In this document: positions 8,404-15,966 of the stretch, piece after piece
How positions within the stretch are numbered: the first letter of the stretch is position 1
Layout: the number at the start of each line of letters is the position of its first letter
Assembly (NCBI GenBank): GCA_040391965.1
Contig: JBEBWV010000032.1
Location: 16,519-48,518, forward strand
Reading direction: 5' to 3'
DNA: 32,000 nt
Origin: Achromobacter deleyi
Lineage (GTDB): Bacteria; Pseudomonadota; Gammaproteobacteria; Burkholderiales; Burkholderiaceae_B
The notes under the pieces: model-generated
Seen by the model: only the letters and a program-made list of their open reading frames with translations
What the model was told of the DNA's origin: nothing
Database searches by the model: none
Made by a program: the position numbers and the translations under genes

Positions 8404-9051
8404 CTACGCGCAGATCCCTTTAGCTGACAGCATGTCAGTGATATGCGCCATAGCAATGGCCTCCTGTCCGATCTCGCCCCCCCCTCGAACTCCTTCCTTT
8501 TCTTGCCCGGTGCGAGACCCGCGCAACCAACGCACGATCATGGCTCGATGGTTAGAAGCTGTCTTTGCAGACACATCTGCCCGATCAGCTGCGCTGGACA
8601 GCACCACTTTCTTGCCAAAATAGCCTTCGATAATCGTGTCGCGCAGCACGCGTGCTGTCGGATGGGTCGACAAAGCCTGTGACGCAGCCAGATCGGAAAT
8701 GACCCTGATTGCTGCCATCCAACGCAGATCGTCGGTCACGCCTTCGCAGCACTTGCACCGGTTCGTCTTGGGGGCGAAGCGTGCGTAGAGGATGGCTTGA
8801 TGCAGTGGGGAGAGCGCATCCACGTTTACAAGGATCATCCCTGCTTGCGCTGCTCCATCGACACCGCCAAGCCCCTTGCCGCTTGACTTGATGGAGCCGC
8901 GTGCTGCACGGTTCATCGCCGGCACGTCATAGGCCTGGGCAGAATGGTTGTACGCGAACGTGAGCGCTGCGTGCGCATTGGAAAACAAAGGTTCGTGCAT
9001 GGCCGTCATAGGCACCTCTACTGAATTGATACGAAGCGCGGCGCCCATCAC
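8404..9051 (-). CDS. Hypothetical protein in the lambdoid Q position (possible late-gene regulator / antiterminator)
   Basis: 215 aa. ATGA-coupled to the upstream VRR-NUC gene and last gene of the early-right operon. Has a cysteine pair (CKCC). The function is assigned by position only. Confidence 0.4.
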   Translation of the reverse strand: MMGAALRINSVEVPMTAMHEPLFSNAHAALTFAYNHSAQAYDVPAMNRAARGSIKSSGKGLGGVDGAAQAGMILVNVDALSPLHQAILYARFAPKTNRCKCCEGVTDDLRWMAAIRVISDLAASQALSTHPTARVLRDTIIEGYFGKKVVLSSAADRADVSAKTASNHRAMIVRWLRGSRTGQEKEGVRGGGEIGQEAIAMAHITDMLSAKGICA

Positions 9052-9491
9052 ACCACCTCCGGGGAATACGTCACTTTCGGGTCTAGGTAATTGAGCAATG
9101 CCTCGCGCGCTTGGTCAAAGCTGTAACAGACCTCCACGCGATACCCTGCTTGCTTCAAGTAGTCCACCCAGTCTTTTTGCGTTTCGGACAGGCGCCCTGT
9201 CGCTGCCTTCATTTCTATCCAGAGCCCGGGGCAACCGAAGCGTGGCACGGGCAAGAACAGATCCAGCACGCCAGCCTTCACGCCCTGGCGCTTCAAGTTG
9301 GCGGCGACCAATACATGACGCTGCCCACCATTGGGAATATGGAACAGGCGAGCGAGTCCGGGATAGACCTTCGTCTGTCGCGCCGCCCATGTGATCACTT
9401 GCGCCTGGATAACGTCCTCGCTCGGGCCTGCTACTGCCACCTTCTTCGTAGCTGCACGGCGCGGTGCCTTGGTCCAACGTGCCATCGTCAT
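9048..9491 (-). CDS. VRR-NUC domain nuclease
   Basis: PD-(D/E)xK signature: HIPNGG...GVLDLFLPVP...LWIEMK...LSETQKDW. Confidence 0.85.
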   Translation of the reverse strand: MTMARWTKAPRRAATKKVAVAGPSEDVIQAQVITWAARQTKVYPGLARLFHIPNGGQRHVLVAANLKRQGVKAGVLDLFLPVPRFGCPGLWIEMKAATGRLSETQKDWVDYLKQAGYRVEVCYSFDQAREALLNYLDPKVTYSPEVV

Positions 9492-10267
9492 GCTGCGCGC
9501 TCCCGGTAGCTGGCCCAGTCGAACACCACCATGCGCCCCCCGCCCTCACGCATGCGGTCGACAACGCGGTCACCCAAGTATTCGGTCAGCCGGGGCTTTG
9601 CCAAGTTACTGATGAGGATGGTCGGGCGCATCCGGTTGTAGCGTTCGTTCATGATGTCGAACAGCAGCATCTTTTCAGCATCCGAGCCGTACTGACTGCC
9701 AATCTCGTCCAGCACCAGCAGATCGGGGCCGGTGAATCGGGCGATTGCGGCCGACTCCGTTGCCGCGCTGTCTTTGCGGTACGTTTCCTTGATCGAGCGC
9801 ATGGCATCGAGCAGCACCGCGAATCGTGCTGAGTAGCCTTGAGCCAAGACCGAGTGCATAGCACTGATGGCCAAATGCGTCTTACCCGTGCCCACACCAC
9901 CACACAGGATCAGGCCATTGCCACCGTCACGCGCAGAGGTAAAACTCTCGCCGTAGGCTTGCACCGTGCGCAACGCCTTGGCCGCATCGTCGGTTGGGGG
10001 CACATACGTTTCGAAGCGGGCATCGAAGTAGCGTTCAGGGATTTCGGCACGGCGCATGTGGTGCTCACGTGCCGCCATCATTTCCTGACGCAGCTGCTCA
10101 GCCTTCATCTGGCGACCAACGCACACCGGGCAGTCAGACCAACCCACCGGCGTTTTCATGGAAGGAAACTCACCGTGCTCGTCACACGAGCGCGATTCGG
10201 TGGCGAAATTAAAAACGCCCGTCATCACCGACCCCAGCGTGGTAGTCCTGCTTTGCGAAATTTCCAT
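9488..10267 (-). CDS. DnaC/IstB-like AAA+ replicative helicase loader
   Basis: Walker A LILCGGVGTGKTHLA and Walker B LLVLDEIG. ATG at 10267 follows AGGAG. Alternative starts are at 10225 and 10372. Confidence 0.85.
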   Translation of the reverse strand: MEISQSRTTTLGSVMTGVFNFATESRSCDEHGEFPSMKTPVGWSDCPVCVGRQMKAEQLRQEMMAAREHHMRRAEIPERYFDARFETYVPPTDDAAKALRTVQAYGESFTSARDGGNGLILCGGVGTGKTHLAISAMHSVLAQGYSARFAVLLDAMRSIKETYRKDSAATESAAIARFTGPDLLVLDEIGSQYGSDAEKMLLFDIMNERYNRMRPTILISNLAKPRLTEYLGDRVVDRMREGGGRMVVFDWASYRERAA

Positions 10268-11138
10268 GAATCGGTGCTCCTGTGGTCTTTGCTGCCCGGC
10301 TTGTCCGGAATGCTTGGGGGTTGGTTGCGTCTTTCTGTGCACGGCCCAGCCATGACACGATGAACCGGGCAATGCCTCGGCGTGTCGGGCGTTTGGGGAG
10401 GTTGGCGTTCAGCCAAACCCGCATGCGGGAAAACTCGCCGTGTGCGTCAACGGCGGGAAAGGCTGCACTCCACTCTGCAACCTGCTGGGGTTCTGCACCG
10501 AACTCGGAGCCGTCGACAAGCGGAAGCAAGGCGATGGGATTGGGAGTTTGGTTTTGGTCTTCGGGGTTGGCCGAAGGCGAATTCAGGTCATCGGAAGAAT
10601 CTGCGCCAGCAGATTCATCTTTGTTTTGTTGGTTGTCTTTTGGAAGGTTGTCTTTTGTGTGTACCGTTTTCGTACTATCGACCTGTACCGAATCCGTACT
10701 AGCAACAACACCATTTCCGTACACCTGTACCGTTTTCGTACATGTACCGATTTGGGACACCTGTACAGATTTCGTACTAGATGGATGTACAGATTCCGTA
10801 CTAGCACCCCAACGCGAATAATCTTTGTTGATGCCCAAGATGCAGCCGTACTTTCCCGGGCGCTTGTGGATCACACCCAGGGCCGCCAATTCATTCAGGG
10901 CCGTGGTGATATGGGGGCGTGCCATCTTGCCCAGGAGCGCCCCCAACTGCGATGCAGACAGGTCGTCCTCTTTCTTGCCATAGCCGTATGTCTTACGGAC
11001 TACGGCCATAGCGACCTTGTATTGCTTACCGCTAAGCGGGAATGCCAATAAAGCGTCGTACAGCTCATTGGCAATACGAACGTGGCCGTCTTCCAGCTGG
11101 GGGGATTTCTGAGGCATTTTCAACACCACCGCGCTCAT
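10209..11138 (-). CDS. Replication initiator, lambda O-like (Phage_rep_O N-terminal domain)
   Basis: N-terminus GHVRIANELYDALLAFPLSGKQYKVAMAVVRKTYGYGKKEDDLSASQL. The repetitive middle part (TKSVQV, TKTVQV, TDSVQV, TKTVHT) is encoded by the iterons. Confidence 0.85.
   Translation of the reverse strand: MSAVVLKMPQKSPQLEDGHVRIANELYDALLAFPLSGKQYKVAMAVVRKTYGYGKKEDDLSASQLGALLGKMARPHITTALNELAALGVIHKRPGKYGCILGINKDYSRWGASTESVHPSSTKSVQVSQIGTCTKTVQVYGNGVVASTDSVQVDSTKTVHTKDNLPKDNQQNKDESAGADSSDDLNSPSANPEDQNQTPNPIALLPLVDGSEFGAEPQQVAEWSAAFPAVDAHGEFSRMRVWLNANLPKRPTRRGIARFIVSWLGRAQKDATNPQAFRTSRAAKTTGAPIHGNFAKQDYHAGVGDDGRF
10659..10803. repeat. Phage origin of replication: six iterons GTACMGWWTYCGTAC inside the O-like gene, next to a T-rich tract
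   Basis: Copies start at 10661, 10685, 10727, 10744 (degenerate), 10763 and 10787. Each is a GTAC...GTAC dyad. A T-rich stretch at 10615-10660 is adjacent. Confidence 0.75.
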
Positions 11139-11407
11139 GATCTAACGTGCCTCCAACGCCACACACCCAGGTACTCATAGGATTGCTTCACCAGGCCTGC
11201 GCGAAGGGCTTCCCAAAGCAAATGCTCAGCAACAGCACGCGCAACCATGGCAGGCGTTGTGCGTGCCCAGGCGCCATGCGCTGATGTGATGTGGGGCTCG
11301 ATGGCTTCACCGATCTTGCGTGCGCTGAAGGAGTAACGCTGTGCCTGTATGGCTGCCCTGCCCGCTTCCTGTGCCGCGTCGGATATCGTGTAGCCCATGA
11401 TCTTCAT
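11135..11407 (-). CDS. Hypothetical protein (90 aa)
   Basis: ORF with 4-nt overlaps to both neighbours in the early-right operon. Confidence 0.55.
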   Translation of the reverse strand: MKIMGYTISDAAQEAGRAAIQAQRYSFSARKIGEAIEPHITSAHGAWARTTPAMVARAVAEHLLWEALRAGLVKQSYEYLGVWRWRHVRS

Positions 11408-11769
11408 GCCGGCACTCCACGAGTCATGCCGACGGCGCGCAAGGCTGCGTCAGGTACGTGATGGCCGTTGTTCAGCAGGATGGTGATGCACTCGCGCAGC
11501 AGGTCTATCTGCTTGCCGTAGCGCTGCTCGAATCTCGCCTTCCATGGATGCACAGCAATGCGGTCGGGGGCGCCTGTGCCGTCCTGGTGGTTGCCAGCGG
11601 AGAGCGGCAGCACCAGCCAATGGGCATCGGGTTTCGTGCGGCCGTCGATATGGTGGATGGAGCAGATCTCGTCGAAACGACCGTCTTTCCACGACGCAAT
11701 GCAGCCGATTTCACGCACGAGCAGATCATGAAAGCGCCGTTGCTCTGCGGTGACTGCACGGCCCTTCAT
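11404..11769 (-). CDS. Ref-family-like (HNH-type) recombination enhancement nuclease
   Basis: Pattern ...AEQRRFHDLL...GCIAS...SIHHIDGRTKPDAHWLVLPLS...HPWKARFEQRYGKQIDLL matches my memory of Ref-family proteins. Some of the usual Cys positions are replaced. Confidence 0.5.
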   Translation of the reverse strand: MKGRAVTAEQRRFHDLLVREIGCIASWKDGRFDEICSIHHIDGRTKPDAHWLVLPLSAGNHQDGTGAPDRIAVHPWKARFEQRYGKQIDLLRECITILLNNGHHVPDAALRAVGMTRGVPA

Positions 11770-12071
11770 TGATTCGCCCCCAGCCAGGCCACGAAAGGCT
11801 TACGCACCTTCTCGTGAAAATGGACGAGTGCCTGGGCATCATGATCAAGGCGCGCACGCGATGTAATGCCGCACTGATTGCGCACGAAGGCTGCTGCGTG
11901 TTGATCAGGAGATACGCCTTCGGGGGCGAGGCCTGAGCGCAGCACAACCCAGCGCTGAAAGTCCGTGCGCTGGCACATCATGCCCGCGACGCGGGCGATT
12001 TCGCCCCCCTTCCCTTCAGCTGGTGCACAGCGTGCACGCACCGGTCGGCCTGATGTTCCTCGGCTGATCAT
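11766..12071 (-). CDS. Hypothetical protein (101 aa)
   Basis: ATGA overlap with the upstream CII-like gene. Function unknown. Confidence 0.5.
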   Translation of the reverse strand: MISRGTSGRPVRARCAPAEGKGGEIARVAGMMCQRTDFQRWVVLRSGLAPEGVSPDQHAAAFVRNQCGITSRARLDHDAQALVHFHEKVRKPFVAWLGANQ

Positions 12072-12514
12072 TGCTCGGCCATCCCTTCAAGTCGGCGCGC
12101 GACTTCAGCAACAGCCTCCATGACATTGCGGCCCGCAGCCATCACGCGCTCGACCTCTTTAAGATCCACGCCACCATCAGCCAGGGCGTCATAGACCTCC
12201 TGACCGAACTTGCCGTTCGCTACCATCAACGCGGCGACTTGCTCCAGGACTGACATGTCGCTATCACTGCCGCACGAGTCAGGCGCTTTGACCAGCAAGT
12301 AGCCATTGGCGTGAGCAAACGAGGCCAAGATACGAGCGTCGCCCGTCAAGCGCACGATGCGGTCGGCTTCAGCCAACGTAAGGTGATGGGTGTTGTTGTT
12401 GGGGTTGACCTTGTTGCGCAGGACGGCCGGCGACATGCCGATTACCGCCCCCAGGGCTTCGCTGCCACCCTTGTAGTCATGCACCGTCAAATCGGCTGCA
12501 GTGATGATGTTCAT
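12068..12514 (-). CDS. Phage regulatory CII-family protein
   Basis: MNIITAADLTVHDYKGGSEALGAVIGMSPAVLRNKVNPNNNTHHLTLAEADRIVRLTGDARIL. ATG at 12512-12514 follows AGGAAC. Lies just downstream of the cro-like gene. Confidence 0.65.
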   Translation of the reverse strand: MNIITAADLTVHDYKGGSEALGAVIGMSPAVLRNKVNPNNNTHHLTLAEADRIVRLTGDARILASFAHANGYLLVKAPDSCGSDSDMSVLEQVAALMVANGKFGQEVYDALADGGVDLKEVERVMAAGRNVMEAVAEVARRLEGMAEQ

Positions 12515-12674
12515 TTCTTGGGTTCCTGAACGTATCTTTGGTAAATCAGCAGCCCTATGATTCGCTGCATGGGAAAACAACTGACCTGCTACACGTCCAA
12601 CGGCCCTATCTGCACTTTGTCGGATGGTTTAACGGGCTCCGGCGTCGCCGGTGGTGTTGGGGGCGCAGTGCTAC

Positions 12675-12890
12675 TCATGCGCTATCTCCTGAGTCAGTGC
12701 GGGCCACTCGCTTTGAGCGACTTGGCTTGGATCTCTTTTTTGTTCTGGCGACCGCTGCATCTACCCTGTCGCTGATCTTGGACGAGAGCTCATCAGGCCA
12801 TTTCGATACCGCTTGGTATGAAATGCCAATCTTCCGAGCGGCTGATGCGATCGTTCCACCCAAAAGGGCTATGGCTGTGTCTTTTCTCAT
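12675..12890 (-). CDS. cro: Cro-like HTH regulator (YdaS/Cro type)
   Basis: MRKDTAIALLGGTIASAARKIGISYQAVSKWPDEL.... Divergent from the repressor gene. The only ATG in the ORF is at 12888-12890. Confidence 0.65.
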   Translation of the reverse strand: MRKDTAIALLGGTIASAARKIGISYQAVSKWPDELSSKISDRVDAAVARTKKRSKPSRSKRVARTDSGDSA

Positions 12891-12898
12891 CCTCAAAT

Positions 12899-12966
12899 TG
12901 AACCATAGTTCATCCAAAAGAACAACTATAGTTCTTCGCGAATAGGCTATCTTTTAAACTATGGTT
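12899..12966. promoter_or_regulatory. OR-like operator cluster and divergent cro / cI promoters (three AACYATRGTT cores)
   Basis: Cores at 12901-12910 (AACCATAGTT), 12924-12933 (AACTATAGTT, a perfect palindrome) and 12957-12966 (AACTATGGTT, overlapping the cI ATG). Confidence 0.6.
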
Positions 12967-14010
12967 GAATATCGAGACCGCCTCATAGAGGCAATGAAAT
13001 ACGCAGGGATCTCTGCCACGCAATTGGCGGCGAGCCTTAGCACGTCCTATCAAGCTGTGAAGAAGGTAATTGACGGAAAGTCCACCGCCTTCAATGCGGC
13101 CAATAACGCTTTGGCTGCTCGTGAGATGGGAGTGTCAAGCGATTGGCTGGCGCTAGGCGTCGGCATGATGGTGCCCACGGAGGGCTTCCAAATTCCTGAT
13201 GCGCCTTCGCTATGGCCCTTCCCCTCAATTACTGAGGCCGAGATATGTTCTCTGCCGCAAGACAAGTTGACGCGTCTAGAAGGTGCAATCCTGCTCACCC
13301 TTGGTCAGATGGGTGTGAGATCTACGGGTGCCACGCCCTACACGCCTACCTCTACGTCAAAGATGGGCGGCGTAGTGGATATGGACGCTGCCACCGATGA
13401 GTTTCCAATGCGGATGGGTGGACTGCCCGCCGCCCCCTGGGAAGGCGGCAAAACCACTTTTCAAGCGGAGCGCGAGAGTCGACTTCGGATCAGTACTGAG
13501 ACCGGCGTGGTGGCCAACGTCGGGCCTGGTGATCCGCATGCGGCAAATGATAAGTTTGAGAAAGTGCCGGAAATGGCCGACGTACGCTTGGCTGCTGGTG
13601 ATGGCATCGAGAACCACGTCGAAGAGCAAACGGGTGTAATCCAGTTCCGCAGGTCTTTCCTGCGTGCCGTCGGCGCAGAAAGCGGTAAGGCCCGCGTTGT
13701 GTACGCGAAAGGAGACAGCATGGAGCCGGTTATTCGCGATGGAGCTGCGCTTCTCGTCGTCCCGAACGAAAACCTTACTGTGCGCGACCTGGCTGGCGGT
13801 GGCGTCTATGCCATCAACTATGACGGCAAGATGATCGTGAAAACAGTGGCGCGCGACAATCTCACGCAGCGCTGGGTTGCTCGGTCATTCAATCCTGCAT
13901 ACCACGACATTCCGTTAGAGAACGGGTCACCCGTGCGCGTCCTGGGCCAAGTGGTGTGGGCTGGCACCCGACTGCGCGACGATGAGGCTGGGCAGTGGGT
14001 GCGCTCGTGA
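12961..14010 (+). CDS. cI: CI-type prophage repressor (XRE HTH + S24 LexA-like autopeptidase), unusually long at 349 aa
   Basis: N-terminal HTH ISATQLAASLSTSYQAVKKVIDG. Putative Ala-Gly cleavage site VRLAAGDG. Ser/Lys dyad motifs GDSMEP and MIVKTV. Confidence 0.9.
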   Translation: MVEYRDRLIEAMKYAGISATQLAASLSTSYQAVKKVIDGKSTAFNAANNALAAREMGVSSDWLALGVGMMVPTEGFQIPDAPSLWPFPSITEAEICSLPQDKLTRLEGAILLTLGQMGVRSTGATPYTPTSTSKMGGVVDMDAATDEFPMRMGGLPAAPWEGGKTTFQAERESRLRISTETGVVANVGPGDPHAANDKFEKVPEMADVRLAAGDGIENHVEEQTGVIQFRRSFLRAVGAESGKARVVYAKGDSMEPVIRDGAALLVVPNENLTVRDLAGGGVYAINYDGKMIVKTVARDNLTQRWVARSFNPAYHDIPLENGSPVRVLGQVVWAGTRLRDDEAGQWVRS

Positions 14011-14173
14011 TGCCATGCGATCTCAGGATATAGAGTGGTCGAGCGGTTGACCGCACGCTAGGAAATGGGGGGACGTGTTTAGACGCCCCACAACAGCGCA
14101 AACAATGCGGACCAATGGACTCAATCAATTGCGCCGCGACAGAATCAACCCCAATTTCGAGCTGGAAACCTAC

Positions 14174-14440
14174 ATGAGCGAGCAAGATCCAAAATCCGAA
14201 TCGGGCCTTCCGCAGGCGACATTGATGGCGATGGTGTGCCTGATAAAAGAGCTGCACGCTAGCGGCTCTATCAATGCGCCACGGATGAGTAAAGACCTCA
14301 AAGCACTGTCTGTCACAATGGAGAAGGTCGATCCAGTCGCAGCCGGAGGGCTGGAACTACTAGCAAATCTGTCGGAGAAGCCTGAGAGAATAAAAATCAT
14401 CACTTATGATGAAAATGCGGAAAAAACCTATGAAAGTTAG
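14174..14440 (+). CDS. Hypothetical protein (88 aa), co-oriented downstream of cI
   Basis: ATG at 14174. No recognisable domain. Weak RBS. Confidence 0.45.
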   Translation: MSEQDPKSESGLPQATLMAMVCLIKELHASGSINAPRMSKDLKALSVTMEKVDPVAAGGLELLANLSEKPERIKIITYDENAEKTYES

Positions 14441-14987
14441 GGACCCGTTTGAATTTCCCGGCATCCTAAATCCGCAGCCAGTTCGCCCAGATCCGACACC
14501 GGATCTAGTGAGACTTTGGGAGAAAGTGGGTGTCAGGGTGCTAACATCGTCAGACGAGTCCCCCAGTAAGCCTTCAGCCACCATGGATGCCTCCCCCACC
14601 CGCGAAGAGTTAGACGCAAAATTTGAGCGCACTGAAGCTCGGGTAGATGCTCGCCTGGCGGGGTTTGAACAGCGCGTCGCGGACCAGTTGGGCGCAATGG
14701 CAGCTGACCTGAGGGAGGTTAAGGTCGAACTCAACCACCTCAAGGGCTTAAAGACTCAGATTTGGGCTGCTGCAGGTACTGCTATAGCGATAACTGTAGG
14801 CAGCATCTGGGCTGCTGGCGCTCTAGGGTTTAGCGCGTTTGAGTCGGGACGCAATACCGCGGTGGTGGTCCGTGATGCCCAGCAGAAGATAGAAGAGGCT
14901 TCCGTGAGCATTTCCAACCAGCAGGCAGAGACGCAGCGACTCCTGCAAGAGACCCTCAAAGCGCTTGGTCAGGCCAACAAGAACTAA
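14406..14987 (+). CDS. Hypothetical coiled-coil protein with one central TM segment
   Basis: TM segment IWAAAGTAIAITVGSIWAAGALGF is flanked by heptad-like helices. Candidate ATG starts at 14406, 14409, 14415 and 14430. Followed by two terminators. Confidence 0.55.
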   Translation: MMKMRKKPMKVRDPFEFPGILNPQPVRPDPTPDLVRLWEKVGVRVLTSSDESPSKPSATMDASPTREELDAKFERTEARVDARLAGFEQRVADQLGAMAADLREVKVELNHLKGLKTQIWAAAGTAIAITVGSIWAAGALGFSAFESGRNTAVVVRDAQQKIEEASVSISNQQAETQRLLQETLKALGQANKN

Positions 14988-15003
14988 GGCTGTGCCCACC
15001 CAA

Positions 15004-15037
15004 GAACGAAAGCCACCTCCGGGTGGCTTTTTCGTTC
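15004..15037 (+). terminator. Rho-independent terminator ending the cI operon
   Basis: GAACGAAAGCCACC-TCCG-GGTGGCTTTTTCGTTC. Confidence 0.75.
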
Positions 15038-15101
15038 CATGCCTTATTTAGCCCCGTCAAATGTTGCCACTTCCCGAAGCGGCTCCGATACCCACCGATG
15101 C

Positions 15102-15127
15102 AGCCCGCCATGAGCGGGTTTTTTTTC
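15102..15127 (+). terminator. Second rho-independent terminator
   Basis: CCCGC-CATGA-GCGGG followed by 8 T. Confidence 0.75.
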
Positions 15128-15156
15128 GTCCAGCTGGCATGGATCACGCCCCAGAG

Positions 15157-15195
15157 TGAACTATGGTTGATTCAATAACTGAACTATGGTTAAAT
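15157..15195 (+). promoter_or_regulatory. OL/PL-like early-left promoter with two operators
   Basis: TGAACTATGGTTGA (15157-15170) and TGAACTATGGTTAA (15180-15193). TTGATT (15167-15172), a 17-nt spacer, then TTAAAT (15190-15195). Confidence 0.6.
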
Positions 15196-15320
15196 TCATT
15201 GCGCGTTGAAAAAACAGCGCGGCATGAAACCCCACGGACCCGCAGCCAGCACTCAGGGCATCGCCTCAAGCGGAAGACGTACCGCCACAAAGCCGGAATG
15301 GGGAAGGCGAGCAGCAACAC

Positions 15321-15349
15321 CGCTCTTTAACAATCGAGGCCGCCCGGCC
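15321..15349 (+). promoter_or_regulatory. nut-like element: boxA (CGCTCTTTAACAA) plus a small GC hairpin
   Basis: 15321-15333 contains GCTCTTTAACAA, identical to the rrn boxA core. GGCC-GCCC-GGCC hairpin at 15338-15349. About 120 nt downstream of the PL-like promoter. Confidence 0.5.
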
Positions 15350-15541
15350 AGTGATGGCACGGGTGAAACAGGACAACCAGCGCTTACAGCGCGGCTCCTG
15401 TGTGCATAGCAGTCAGATGCAACGCCCAGCACGGGTGGCGACGGTAACCCGTGCAATGGACCCGCTTGGCAACAGGCGGTTTCGGCCAGCGCCGTGAATC
15501 GACGCTTACCGAAACCAACCCCCAACTATGCCGAGGTACGT

Positions 15542-15619
15542 ATGCCCGAAGTCATCGATAAATTCCTGAGTGCGCTGCTCGATTCCGCGAACACCATGAT
15601 CAAGCTTTTTGGCGGGTGA
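15542..15619 (+). CDS. Possible 25-aa amphipathic peptide
   Basis: MPEVIDKFLSALLDSANTMIKLFGG. GAGG lies 5 nt upstream of the ATG. Third codon positions are mostly G/C, like the real genes here. Below the ORF-track cutoff. Confidence 0.3.
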   Translation: MPEVIDKFLSALLDSANTMIKLFGG

Positions 15620-15966
15620 TTTACAGAATTCTCGGGGTCATCGCTATTGCGAGCCGATCCGTTCCCGAAGGTGACGATAGGGGCGGCCTAAGTCTGTTGG
15701 AGTAATTGCGGCATGAGAACGCCTGGAGCCAGTAGCGGACAGAACGGCGTGACACCCCGGAGAGACGGGGGCTCTCAAGTCGGCACATCCCAACGCGGCG
15801 GCCTAGCCCCGTCGTGACTCCCTCCCTCCCCAAGACGTGCAAACAGATAAGCCTTGCTTCATAGGCGATTGGGGTGTGCCAACTTGAGGGAAGCAGGACC
15901 CCTCTTCTGCTGATTTCCAACGCGGCGCCATGCCGCACCGTTTTGATAACTCCCACAGGTGAATCC

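Noticed and set aside
15206-15409. 67-aa arginine-rich ORF just after the PL-like promoter, as a possible lambda N analogue
   Set aside because: It has no RBS and its third codon positions show no G/C bias. The boxA element lies inside it, whereas in lambda nutL precedes N. More likely non-coding leader.
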